A stretch of DNA of 64,000 nt, from assembly GCA_965279605.1 (NCBI GenBank), contig CBDIIE010000014.1, positions 95,165 through 159,164 of the forward strand, read 5' to 3'. Below the pieces are notes generated by a model that was given only the letters and a program-made list of their open reading frames with translations, searched no databases and was not told the origin of the DNA. Made by a program: the position numbers and the translations under genes. This document shows positions 10,901 through 19,741 of this stretch, in pieces (positions within the stretch are counted from its first letter, which is position 1; the number at the start of each line of letters is the position of its first letter). This DNA comes from Rhodoglobus sp. (GTDB lineage Bacteria > Actinomycetota > Actinomycetes > Actinomycetales > Microbacteriaceae).

Positions 10901-11479
10901 GATCTCGGCGAAGAAGTTCTCCTTGCCGAAGATGTCCTGGAACTCTCCCGCGGCCTTGCGGGCCTCTTCATACTGCCCGAGCCGCAAGCGGGTCTGCACT
11001 TCGCCACCCACACAGCCGGTGGTGGCAATCACACCCTTCGAATAGCGAGACAACAGCTCGCGGTCCATTCGGGGCTTGAAGTAGTACCCCTCGATCGACG
11101 CCAACGACGTCATGCGGAAGAGGTTATGCATTCCCTCGTTGTTCTCCGCCAACATCGTCATGTGGGTATAGGCACCAGAGCCCGACACATCGTCGTTCTG
11201 CTGGGCCGCGCTCCCCCACCGGATACGTGTCTTGTCGGTGCGATGGGTGCCCGGAGTGATGTACGCCTCGGTGCCGATGATGGGCTTGATCCCGCGTGCG
11301 CTTGCCTGCTTCCAGAAGTCATAAGCGCCGAACATGTTGCCGTGGTCGGTAACGGCGATCGCCGGCATCCCCAGCTCGACGGCGGCGTCAAGGAGTTCTC
11401 CCACGCGCGCCGCACCGTCGAGCATGGAGTACTCGCTGTGTACGTGGAGGTGAGCGAATGAGTCGCTGGAAGGGGGCAC
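7958..11479 (-). CDS. dnaE: DNA polymerase III alpha subunit
   Basis: PHP HLHVHSEYS, GRGSAAGS, PDVDVDF, LLKMDFLGL and C-terminal OB fold; GTG start inferred; no intein. Confidence 0.97.
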   Translation of the reverse strand: MPPSSDSFAHLHVHSEYSMLDGAARVGELLDAAVELGMPAIAVTDHGNMFGAYDFWKQASARGIKPIIGTEAYITPGTHRTDKTRIRWGSAAQQNDDVSGSGAYTHMTMLAENNEGMHNLFRMTSLASIEGYYFKPRMDRELLSRYSKGVIATTGCVGGEVQTRLRLGQYEEARKAAGEFQDIFGKENFFAEIMDHGTQIERRTMSDLLRLAGELGMPLVATNDLHYTHAHDAGAHAALLCVQSGSTLDDPNRFKFDGEGYYLKTAAEMRGIFRDHPEACDNTLLIAERCDISFIKRDLMPRFPVPEGETEASWFAKEVAAGMERRFPGGVDDAHRAQAEYEVNVITQMGFPGYFLVVADFISWAKSQGIRVGPGRGSAAGSMASYAMGITELDPLAHGLIFERFLNPERVSMPDVDVDFDDRRRPEVIRYVTDKYGEDRVAQIVTYGTIKAKQALKDSARVLGMPYSVGEKLTKAMPPPIMGKDISLSDVHNKDADRYKEAADLRALVDTDPESARVFETAKGIENLKRQWGVHAAGVLMSAEPLIDVLPIMKREDDGAIITQFDQPPLEDLGLLKMDFLGLRNLTVIEDALRMIAANTGTPLKIEELDLDADQATYDLLARGDTLGVFQLDGGPMRALLKQLKPTNFEDISAVIALYRPGPMGMNSHTNYALRKNGLQQVDSIHPELEDALRDILDTTFGLIVYQEQVMSVAQKVAGFTLGQADVLRRAMGKKKKAELDKQFADFEAGMLANGYSKQAVKVLWDTLMPFADYAFNKAHSAGYGVLSYWTAYLKANHPAEYMAALLTSVGDSKDKLGMYLSECRRMGIKVLAPDVNESSVDFTAVGGDVRFGLGAVRNVGAAVVELIARAREEKGRFTSFHDFLRKVPIQVANKRTIESLIKAGAFDSLGATRRAMLEIHEDAVDSAVSVKRNEANGQVGFDFDSLWDEPEAVDHIPERPEWAKRDKLAFEREMLGLYVSDHPLAGLEIQLAKHASASITEILGGDVAQDGEHVTIAGLVTSVQHRVARNSGNQYGIVTVEDFAGEISVMFLGKTYQEFSPALTNDSIVVVRGRVSVRDDGMNLHAVSMFTPDTGPSLGSGPLVISVQEQRATTEVISALNDVLIRHAGDNEVRLRLIRGDSARVFEIPYPVTVSADLYGELKSLLGPSCLG

Positions 11480-11548
11480 TGGCTCTCCGACTAAGTGGCG
11501 GGAATCCAGACTAATCCCGGTCACCGGCAGCACCCTCAGTGACGCGCC

Positions 11549-12469
11549 CTAGTCGGCCCGAAGCACCTCAAGTGCGACTTGAAGGTCGGCGGGATAGGCC
11601 GACTCGAATGTCACGTACGCCCGGGTTCGGGGATGCTCGAACCCCAGCCGGTGCGCATGGAGCCACTGCCTGCTGAGTCCCAATCGCGCCGACAGGCTGG
11701 GGTCAGCACCGTACATGGTGTCCCCGACGCACGGATGCCGCTGCGCCGCCATGTGGACTCGAATCTGGTGGGTGCGCCCTGTCTCCAGCTCGATCTCGAG
11801 GAGCGCGGCAGCGCGAAAGGCCTCGAGGGTTTCGTAGTGTGTAACGCTTGGTTTGCCGTCAGCAACGATGGCGAACTTCCAGCTAGCCCCCGGGTGCCGC
11901 CCCAGCGGGGCATCGATGGTGCCCGAGAGCGGGTCGGGGTGGCCCTGAACCACCGCGTGGTAGATCTTGTCGACCTCGCGATCGTGGAACGCTCGCTTGA
12001 GCGCGGAGTATGCACTCTCCGACTTGGCCACCACCATCAGCCCACTGGTGCCCACGTCGAGCCGGTGCACGATCCCGGCCCGCTCGGCGGCGCCGGATGT
12101 CGCGATTCTGAACCCAGCGCCCGCCAGTGCACCCAGAACGGTGGGCCCGTCCCAGCCGATGCTGGGATGCGCGGCCACTCCCGGGGGCTTGTCAACGACC
12201 ACGATGTCGTCATCGTCGTAAATGATTCCCAAGTCGGCGACCACCACGGGAACAATGACCGGATCGGTCTTCGACACCCAAGACACCTCGAGCCACGCCC
12301 CTGCCGACAGTCGATCGGACTTGCCGAGGACACGACCGTCAAGCTGCACTCCCCCGGACTCTGCGACCTCGGCCGCGAACGTGCGGGAAAAACCGAGGAG
12401 CTTGGAGATCGCCGAATCGACTCGCTCGCCGGCGAGACCATCGGGGACGGGAAGGCTTCGAGATTCCAT
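11549..12469 (-). CDS. rluD: RluA family 23S rRNA pseudouridine synthase
   Basis: S4-like N-terminus, [10 protein letters not shown] catalytic motif, [10 protein letters not shown]. Confidence 0.9.
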   Translation of the reverse strand: MESRSLPVPDGLAGERVDSAISKLLGFSRTFAAEVAESGGVQLDGRVLGKSDRLSAGAWLEVSWVSKTDPVIVPVVVADLGIIYDDDDIVVVDKPPGVAAHPSIGWDGPTVLGALAGAGFRIATSGAAERAGIVHRLDVGTSGLMVVAKSESAYSALKRAFHDREVDKIYHAVVQGHPDPLSGTIDAPLGRHPGASWKFAIVADGKPSVTHYETLEAFRAAALLEIELETGRTHQIRVHMAAQRHPCVGDTMYGADPSLSARLGLSRQWLHAHRLGFEHPRTRAYVTFESAYPADLQVALEVLRAD

Positions 12470-12484
12470 GTCAGGTGACGACAA

Positions 12485-12536
12485 ACGGCGGCGAGGATGC
12501 CACGGACCGTACTGGTCCGAGCATCCTCGCCGCCGT
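12485..12536. terminator. Long GC-rich hairpin between divIVA and rluA (terminator or REP-like)
   Basis: Perfect 16-bp arms ACGGCGGCGAGGATGC / GCATCCTCGCCGCCGT plus inner GGACC/GGTCC stem. Confidence 0.65.
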
Positions 12537-12543
12537 ATTGACG

Positions 12544-13272
12544 CTAGTTTCCGGCAAATCCGCCGGTGTAGTCGGTGGGCTGCGGCGTTGCTGAGTACTG
12601 CGGCGGAGTGGGTGCCGAGTACTGGGGCGCAGGCGACGCCGCGTACTGCGGGGTAGCAGCAGGCGCCGGTGCCGGTGTCGCAGTCAACTCGTTTGCCGAT
12701 TCGAGCTCGCGCAACTGGCCCTCGATGTACCCCTTGAGCTTCTGGCGGTACTCGCGCTCGAAGTTGCGCAGCTCCTCGATGCGGCGCTCGAGGGAGGTAC
12801 GCTCCTGCTCGAGCGAGCTGAGCTCGGAACGCTGGCGCGCTTCGGCCTCCGAGACGACCCGAGCCGCAGTGGCGTGGCCCTCCGCGATAAGTGCGTCGCG
12901 CTTCTCGACGCCCTCGCGCACGTGCTCCTCGTGGAGCCGACGAGCGAGCTGAAGCAAGTTATTGGTGTTGCCCGGGTCCATCGCGTTCGCGTCGGCCTGC
13001 GGGAACGGCGCGGGAGCGGGCACCGGTGCCGCGGCGACCGGCTCGGGCTGCTGCTGCACAAAACCACCCTGCTGGGCGGTGCGCTGCAGCTCGTTGATGC
13101 GAGAGTCACTCGCAATGAGACGCTGGCGCAGCTCCTCGTTCTCCTGGTTGAGGCGACGCAGCTCGACCACAACCTCGTCGAGGAAGTCATCGACCTCGTC
13201 CTGGTCGTAACCCTCACGGAACTTCGTCGGCTGGAAGCGCTTGTTGACTACATCTTCCGGAGTCAGGGCCAT
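12544..13272 (-). CDS. divIVA: DivIVA/Wag31 polar growth protein
   Basis: [13 protein letters not shown]...[14 protein letters not shown], coiled coils, LRNFEREYR. Confidence 0.95.
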   Translation of the reverse strand: MALTPEDVVNKRFQPTKFREGYDQDEVDDFLDEVVVELRRLNQENEELRQRLIASDSRINELQRTAQQGGFVQQQPEPVAAAPVPAPAPFPQADANAMDPGNTNNLLQLARRLHEEHVREGVEKRDALIAEGHATAARVVSEAEARQRSELSSLEQERTSLERRIEELRNFEREYRQKLKGYIEGQLRELESANELTATPAPAPAATPQYAASPAPQYSAPTPPQYSATPQPTDYTGGFAGN

Positions 13273-13298
13273 TGTCGTCACCTCAAAAACTTTCTTTC

Positions 13299-13325
13299 AA
13301 CGTCTACATAACGTTTAGCTAACGT
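13299..13325. promoter_or_regulatory. Three AACGT direct repeats at 11-bp period upstream of divIVA
   Basis: AACGT at 13299, 13310 and 13321 in an AT-rich intergenic stretch. Confidence 0.45.
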
Positions 13326-13388
13326 CACATACTACCCGGTGTGCCTGAGCGGCTCCTCCGTGACTTTTCCACAGTACCGCGAGAGCGC

Positions 13389-13691
13389 CTAGTTGATGAA
13401 GCCCAGCGTGATAGAGATCAAGATGATGACCACGAGCATCACGATGCTCCACGCGAAGTCGAGCGCCGCTCCCCCCACACGAAGGGGAGGAATCACCCGG
13501 CGAACAAGCTTCACGGGAGGATCCGTCACGGCGTACGTGGCCTCGGCAAGCACCAGCCCCAGACCACGAGGACGCCAACGCCGCGCGAGCATCCGGGCGA
13601 GGTCAAGAATAAAACGCGCCCACATGAGCACAAAAAAGACAATCAGTGCGACATATATGACCGTGGCAATGATCGAGACGAGGGAGGACAC
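13389..13691 (-). CDS. yggT: YggT family membrane protein
   Basis: YAVTDPPVKLVRRVIPPLRVGGAALDFA motif; position after sepF. Confidence 0.9.
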   Translation of the reverse strand: MSSLVSIIATVIYVALIVFFVLMWARFILDLARMLARRWRPRGLGLVLAEATYAVTDPPVKLVRRVIPPLRVGGAALDFAWSIVMLVVIILISITLGFIN

Positions 13692-13720
13692 CTCGACAGA
13701 CTAACGGGCGACGCTGTGGG

Positions 13721-14185
13721 CTACGGCTGCGGGAAGAACGAGGCGTCGACGTCAGGCTCAACCTCGGCCTGGTCGCCGCTCACGGCAACGTGGGAGGGCG
13801 AGAGCAAAAACACCTTGTTGGTGACGCGCTCGATCTTGCCGTAGAGGCCCTGCGACAGGCCACTGGCGAAATCGATGAGGCGGCGTGCATCCGGCTCGCT
13901 CATCTGCGAGAGGTTAATGATCACCGGGATGCCCTCACGGAAGTTCTCAGCGATGAACTGGGCATCCTTGTACTGGCGCGGGTGAACGGTGAGGATCTCG
14001 TTCATGTCAGAGGCCGCCGCGCGCGACGCACTCCGCCGCAGCGGCGTGACAGGAGCACGTCCGGCGGATGGGGCTGGCGCGTGTGCGACGGGCGCAGCCG
14101 GAGCAGCAGGGCCGGCCTGCTCGTACTCGTAGTCCTCGTCCGCGAGGCCCAGGTAGACCATGGTCTTGCGCAGCGGGTTAGCCAT
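13721..14185 (-). CDS. sepF: Cell division protein SepF
   Basis: [21 protein letters not shown]...[16 protein letters not shown]. Confidence 0.96.
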   Translation of the reverse strand: MANPLRKTMVYLGLADEDYEYEQAGPAAPAAPVAHAPAPSAGRAPVTPLRRSASRAAASDMNEILTVHPRQYKDAQFIAENFREGIPVIINLSQMSEPDARRLIDFASGLSQGLYGKIERVTNKVFLLSPSHVAVSGDQAEVEPDVDASFFPQP

Positions 14186-14221
14186 TGTGTTCCTCCGAGT
14201 GGTAAAGCTCCTGAAATGAGG

Positions 14222-14908
14222 CTAACCATGGGATGGCCGATTTCCGGTGATTGCCGTGCCAATACGCAGGTGTGTCGCGCCTTCGAGCAAGGCGTCCTCA
14301 AAGTCACCAGACATCCCCATCGAGAGCGATGACGCGTGTGGCATCGCGGCCCGAAGGTGCTCGGACAACTGCCTCACGTGCGCGAACGCGCGGCGTGGTT
14401 CACCCTCAAGCGGCGCAACGGCCATGAGCCCCAACAGCGTGAGCCCCGGGGTCGTGGCAATCCGCTCGGCGAACGGGATGACCTCGGCAGGCTGTGCTCC
14501 CCCGCGTTCAGGGTCATCAGTGAGGTTAACCTGGAGGAATACGTCGACGGGGCGTCCAAAGCCACCAAGCGCGGCAATCAGTGACTCGCGATCAACGGCA
14601 TGGATCACGTCGCTGTACTCACGCACTTGCCGGGCCTTCTTGGACTGCAGCTGTCCGATGAAGTGCCACGTGGCATCCAGATCGGGCAGGCTCGCGATTT
14701 TGGGCTGAGCCTCCTGGTGACGGCTCTCCCCAAAGTTGCGCTCGCCCAGTTCATACAGCTCTCGAACGAGGCTGGCCGGGTGGAACTTCGTGACGACGAC
14801 GGTCGTGATGTCGGCAGGCAGTCGACCGGACCGTCGAGTCGCCTCGTCAATGCGGGTGCGCACGGCCGCAAGGCGCTCGTGGAGCGGGGGTATCGCGGAG
14901 CCGTTCAC
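14222..14908 (-). CDS. yggS: YggS family PLP homeostasis protein
   Basis: VVVTKF, FGESRHQE, WHFIGQLQSKK, SMGMSGD, LRIGTAI. Confidence 0.95.
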   Translation of the reverse strand: MNGSAIPPLHERLAAVRTRIDEATRRSGRLPADITTVVVTKFHPASLVRELYELGERNFGESRHQEAQPKIASLPDLDATWHFIGQLQSKKARQVREYSDVIHAVDRESLIAALGGFGRPVDVFLQVNLTDDPERGGAQPAEVIPFAERIATTPGLTLLGLMAVAPLEGEPRRAFAHVRQLSEHLRAAMPHASSLSMGMSGDFEDALLEGATHLRIGTAITGNRPSHG

Positions 14909-16059
14909 CTATTTGAGGAAGTCAGGGATGTCCAGATCGGCATCATCGTCGTCGAACCCGCCGCGGTCAATCGGAGCTGTGTGGACGAGGCTCGGCTCGG
15001 CACCCCACGAAGCACTCTCCGGCGCGTCGCCCGCCACGGCAGCGGGCGCGGCCGCTTCCTCGGGCACAACATAGTTGCTGCGGCGCGCCTCGCGGGGCTT
15101 CGTCGACGGCTCTCCCCCGTCGAACCCCGCTGCGATGACGGTAACGCGCACCTCGTCGCCGAGGGTGTCGTCGATGACGGCGCCAAAGATAATGTTTGCC
15201 TCGGGATGCACGGCCTCCTGCACCAGCCGGGCCGCGTCGTTGATCTCAAAGATGCCCAGGTTTCGAGCCACCCTGAATCGACAGGAGGACGCCGTGCGCG
15301 CCATCGATGGAGGCCTCGAGCAGCGGCGAGGCGACCGCGAGCTCGGCGGCCTTGATTGCACGATCGGCCCCACGAGCCGAGCCGATGCCCATCAGCGCGG
15401 AACCAGCGCCCTGCATTACCGACTTCACGTCGGCGAAGTCGAGGTTGATAAGACCCGGGGTGGTGATGAGATCCGTGATGCCCTGCACACCCGCGAGCAG
15501 CACCTGGTCGGCCGTGGAGAACGCCTCGAGCATGCTGATCCCGCGGTCGCTGATCTCGAGCAGGCGATCGTTGGGCACAACGATGAGCGTGTCGACCTCG
15601 TTCTTCAGGTTCGAGACACCGAGCTCGGCCTGTGCCGAGCGACGCTTTCCTTCAAAGCCGAACGGCTTCGTCACCACACCGATGGTGAGAGCACCAATTG
15701 ACTTGGCAATGCGCGCGACGACCGGCGCGCCACCCGTGCCCGTTCCCCCGCCTTCACCCGCAGTGACAAAAACCATGTCGGCGCCGGCTAGAGCCTCTTC
15801 GATCTCCTCGGCGTGGTCCTCCGCGGCGCGACGACCCACTTCCGGGTCCGCACCGGCACCGAGCCCACGAGTCAGCTCACGACCGACGTCGAGTTTGACG
15901 TCTGCGTCGCTCATCAGCAGGGCCTGGGCATCCGTGTTGATGGCGATGAACTCGACGCCCCTCAGCCCCAGCTCGATCATCCGGTTGACGGCGTTCAACG
16001 CCGCCACCACCGATGCCGACCACCTTGATCACTGCGAGGTAGTTCTGGTTTGACGTCAC
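14909..16059 (-). pseudogene. ftsZ: Cell division protein FtsZ, frameshifted twice as written (almost certainly sequence error)
   Basis: [17 protein letters not shown] tubulin signature, NLDFAD and C-terminal DIPDFLK; shifts at 15997-15998 and 15261-15263. Confidence 0.95.
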
Positions 16060-16096
16060 TTCCGGCCTCCGCTGCCTGGTACTCCCGATAAAACCT

Positions 16097-16118
16097 TCAA
16101 CCTCTACTTGAAGATTAA
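16097..16118. promoter_or_regulatory. 22-bp dyad TCAACCTC-TACTTG-AAGATTAA, candidate FtsR (MerR-family) operator of ftsZ
   Basis: Imperfect palindrome nested in AAAACCTT...AAAGTTTT; resembles my recollection of the C. glutamicum FtsR site; similar site at 48068. Confidence 0.55.
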
Positions 16119-16147
16119 AGTTTTACTCAGTATGATGCTCTGACTTG

Positions 16148-16195
16148 AGGGTAGGTCGGGGTGTGCCTGCCTGCCCGCACGACAGGCCGCGTGTC
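16148..16195 (-). promoter_or_regulatory. Candidate ftsZ promoter: GACAC (WhiA box) 37 nt upstream of a TACCCT -10
   Basis: GTGTC at 16191-16195 and AGGGTA at 16148-16153 on the + strand; same spacing recurs at 48112-48159. Confidence 0.5.
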
Positions 16196-16218
16196 GCAAA
16201 TGGGCAGCGGCCCCGGGC

Positions 16219-17218
16219 CTACGCGGGGCGGAACACGCCGTTCGACGGCGCAGACACGTCGAACTCGCCCGCCGCGGTCGGGTCGGTCACCGCGATGAGG
16301 GCGGCGAGAAGAGCGGCCTTCTGCGTCGAGTCATCCGCGCTCCCCCACGGTCACACGTTGGCCCACGCCGGCCAGAACAAGACTGACGTCGTCTTGTGTG
16401 TGCGCGGAGATACTGTCGACTTGGGCGAGCAGTGTCGGTGGCAGGGAGAGCAGTACCTCCACGGCCGCGTCGAAGGCCGGTGTGCTCGTTGCGGCCCCTG
16501 CGAGGTCAATCAAGGGAACCCCGGGGAGCCGGTCCGCCGACTCCTGGAGAACTATCCCGGCCGGATCAACCACCTGGTAGCCCGTGCTCGTCGCGACCGA
16601 GCCGACGGGTTGGCGCTCGACAATGTGAATCACGAGAGTGTCCGGGGGAAGGGTCTCCGTCACGTAGCTCCGGATGAGGGGAAAGGCACCCAGCTGGTCC
16701 TCGATCGTGGCGAAGTCGAGCAGCGCCAACGGGGTCCCCAACTGATCGTCCAGTGCGCTGATGACCTCCTCGGCGTTCACGCGAGATGTGCCATCAACAC
16801 GCACCTGACGAAGAGCCAGGATGGGTGAATAGACCGCCGTCAGGACGAGGCCGATCAGTGTCACGATCGTGCCCGCGATGACCGCAATAGTCACGCGCCG
16901 GTTGCGCGCGCGGCGTGTGAACCGCCGCACCTCGGCGCGCTCCGCCCGTCGCCTCTCACGGGCACTGCGGCGCAGCTCCGCGCGCGCCGACGCATCCGGT
17001 CGAACCGATCTCGAGGGGCTGGGAACACGCCCCTGAGGAGCACTGGCCACCGGCCGTGCTGCGCGGACGTGCTCCGACGGCGAACTCTCCCGCTGGGCCT
17101 GCTTCTGCGCGGGGCGAGCAGGTGTGGCCTCGGGACGTGGACGCGTGGGCCTTTTTGGAGGTTTCGCTGGGGGTGTCGGCGTTCGAGCCGGCGGATCAAA
17201 CCCCTCCGGTCGTTTCAC
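16219..17218 (-). pseudogene. ftsQ: Cell division protein FtsQ/DivIB, one frameshift near the C-terminus (probably sequence error)
   Basis: RAEVRRFTRR, TM helix, POTRA (VRVDGTSRV...PPDTLVIHIVERQP); tail TWGSADD...DVSAP continues in another frame after about 16349. Confidence 0.88.
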
Positions 17219-17219
17219 G

Positions 17220-18626
17220 CTAGTCCGCCGTGGGGAGCGCGAGCGACTCGAGGACCTGCGGCACGATCCGATACACGTCACCACACGAGAGGGTCATGAT
17301 GAGATCGCCCTCGTGGGCCACCGCCGCGGCCCGGTCGGCCGCCGCCTGCCAGTCGGGCAGGTAGTCAACTCGGGATTCATCCGAGAAACGGCTGGACACC
17401 AGGGCACCCGTGACACCCGGTACCGGGTCCTCTCGCGCTCCGTAGACGTCGAGAACAATTGTGTGGTCCGCGAGACGCTCGTAGGTCTCGGCGAACTCGC
17501 CCGCCATTGCCTGCGTACGGCTATACAGGTGAGGCTGATGGATCGCGATGATCTTGCCGCCTCCCACAACACTCCGGGCCGCCTCGAGAGCGGCAGCCAC
17601 CTCGGTGGGATGGTGCGCGTAGTCGTCATACACGCTGACGCCTCTGACAACACCGTGCAGTTCAAACCGGCGCTCGGTTCCACCAAAGTCCGAGATCGCC
17701 TCGAGCACGGCATCCGGCGCAAACCCTAGGCCCACCAGCACCGCAAAGGCGCCCGCCGCGTTAATCGCATTGTGGCGGCCCGGTACGCGCAGCTGCGCCG
17801 AGTACGTCTGACCCTCGAACGTCACCGAGAAACGAACCGGACCATCGGCCACGATGTCGTGGACTCGAACGTCGGCATCCTCCGCCTCGCCGAAGGTGAT
17901 CACCCGGGCATGCGTCAGGCGATCGGAGACCCGTTGGGCACCCGCATCGTCACTCGAGATCACAACAAGCTCGGTGGCACGATTGGCAAACTCCACAAAC
18001 GCGGCATCAAACGCGTCGTGGTCGCCGTAGTGGTCAAGGTGGTCGGCATCCACGTTGGTCACTAGGGCGACGGCGGTGTCGTAGAGCAAAAAGGAGCCGT
18101 CCGACTCGTCGGCCTCAACAACAAACAGGTCGCCTGCTCCAAAACTCGAGCTGACGCCGAGCGACTGGATGATGCCGCCGTTGACAAAGGACGGGTCCTC
18201 ACCCAGCCCCAAGAGACCGGTGATGATCATGCCCGTCGACGTGGTTTTGCCGTGAGCACCGGCAACGGCAACCAGTCGCGACCGGTTGATCAGCCAAGCG
18301 AGCGCCTGCGAGCGATGAAGCACCGGGATCCCCCGCGCCACCGAGGCGAGATACTCGGGATTATCGGGCCACAGTGCACCCGTGTACACCAGCGCGTCGG
18401 CGTCGGCGAGCCCCACATTGGCGGCGGAGTGACCAATCGAGACCGGAATCCCTAGCTCTCTCAGCTGCTCGGTGTTGTGGTTCTCCGAGCGGTCGGAGCC
18501 CGTGACACGATGCCCCGCCGCGTGGAAGAGTCGGGCGATGCCACTCATGCCCGAGCCGCCGATGCCCACGAAGTGAACGGAACCCAACTCGGTGGGCAAT
18601 GGGAGAGAGAGGTCGGGCTTGATCAT
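17220..18626 (-). CDS. murC: UDP-N-acetylmuramate--amino acid ligase MurC
   Basis: [44 protein letters not shown]. Confidence 0.96.
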   Translation of the reverse strand: MIKPDLSLPLPTELGSVHFVGIGGSGMSGIARLFHAAGHRVTGSDRSENHNTEQLRELGIPVSIGHSAANVGLADADALVYTGALWPDNPEYLASVARGIPVLHRSQALAWLINRSRLVAVAGAHGKTTSTGMIITGLLGLGEDPSFVNGGIIQSLGVSSSFGAGDLFVVEADESDGSFLLYDTAVALVTNVDADHLDHYGDHDAFDAAFVEFANRATELVVISSDDAGAQRVSDRLTHARVITFGEAEDADVRVHDIVADGPVRFSVTFEGQTYSAQLRVPGRHNAINAAGAFAVLVGLGFAPDAVLEAISDFGGTERRFELHGVVRGVSVYDDYAHHPTEVAAALEAARSVVGGGKIIAIHQPHLYSRTQAMAGEFAETYERLADHTIVLDVYGAREDPVPGVTGALVSSRFSDESRVDYLPDWQAAADRAAAVAHEGDLIMTLSCGDVYRIVPQVLESLALPTAD

Positions 18627-18637
18627 CGGGTTCGATG

Positions 18638-19741
18638 CTACCCGGCACTCGGTTGGGCATCCGCGCCGGCCGACAGCGCCGCGTCCACGAGGGCCACCAT
18701 TCGATGGGTGCCATCGCGCGCGCCCACGGTCTCGATCCGCGCGGCCATGTCGGCGATTCGCGCACGACTACCCAGCAGCGGCAGGAGGTGACTGCTCACC
18801 CACTCGGGTGTGAAGTCGGAGTCCGCAACCACAATCGCACCACCCGCGGCGACGGCCTCGCGAGCATTGAGTCGCTGCTCCCCGTTGCCCGAGGCGTACG
18901 GAACAAAGACGGCAGGAATCCCCAAGGCCGTGAGCTCGGCCACAGTCGAGGTTCCCGCGCGCGACAAGGACAGATCGGCAACGGCGAGAGCCAAGTCCAT
19001 CCGATCGCAGTATCTCAGTAACAGGTAGCCGGGCAACTGCGGATCGACGACCGCGTCACGGTACTCGCCGGTGACATGAATGACCTGCCACCCCGCACCA
19101 AGAATGCGCGTGATGGCGCCCGAGACTGTCTCGTTGATTCGCCGAGCTCCTGATGATCCCCCCGTCACGAGGAGTGTTGGTGTGTCTTCTGCCAGCCCAA
19201 AAACACGGATGCCCTCACGCCGAGCCGCGAACCGGTCAAGTCGCTCGATCTCGGGACGCAGTGGCATGCCCACCCACGTCGCGTTGCGGATCTTGGTGCC
19301 ACGAAAGGCGACGCCCACAAATCGGGTGATTCGTGCGCCAAGCCGATTGGCAATGCCCGGCCTCGCGTTGGCCTCGTGGAGGGCGAGTGGCACGTGCGCG
19401 CGACGCGCGGCAAGGTAGGCGGGGGCCGCGGCGTAGCCGCCAAAGCCCACCACAACGTCGACCTTGCGCGTGCGAATCATGTGTACAACTTCGTCGACCG
19501 CACGACCGAGGCGCCGGGGGAAACGGAGCGCCGCGCGCCCAGGCCGTCGAGGGAACGGCAGGCGCTCGATGGTCAGGAGCTCGTAGCCACGCTCGGGCAC
19601 CAGCCGCGCCTCGAGCCCCTCGCGAGTGCCGAGCACAAGGATCGTGGACGACGGGTCTCGCTCGCGCAGCCGGTCGGCAACCGCGAGCAAGGGATTGACG
19701 TGGCCGGCGGTGCCTCCGCCGGCAAGTAGGTACGTGGTCAC
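18638..19741 (-). CDS. murG: Lipid II GlcNAc transferase MurG
   Basis: [35 protein letters not shown]. Confidence 0.96.
   Translation of the reverse strand: MTTYLLAGGGTAGHVNPLLAVADRLRERDPSSTILVLGTREGLEARLVPERGYELLTIERLPFPRRPGRAALRFPRRLGRAVDEVVHMIRTRKVDVVVGFGGYAAAPAYLAARRAHVPLALHEANARPGIANRLGARITRFVGVAFRGTKIRNATWVGMPLRPEIERLDRFAARREGIRVFGLAEDTPTLLVTGGSSGARRINETVSGAITRILGAGWQVIHVTGEYRDAVVDPQLPGYLLLRYCDRMDLALAVADLSLSRAGTSTVAELTALGIPAVFVPYASGNGEQRLNAREAVAAGGAIVVADSDFTPEWVSSHLLPLLGSRARIADMAARIETVGARDGTHRMVALVDAALSAGADAQPSAG

Noticed and set aside
8834-11461. 875-aa plus-strand ORF antisense to dnaE (likewise 38041..39261, 45310..46506, 58748..59734, 23775..25073)
   Set aside because: Shadow ORFs expected from high-GC codon bias; no recognisable motifs and fully overlapped by well-supported genes
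7958-11479. Intein in dnaE
   Set aside because: Length and motif order are continuous, with no splicing or LAGLIDADG motifs
14900-14915. Absence of pgeF between ftsZ and yggS
   Set aside because: To my recollection this is the usual arrangement in this family; low information without a genome-wide search
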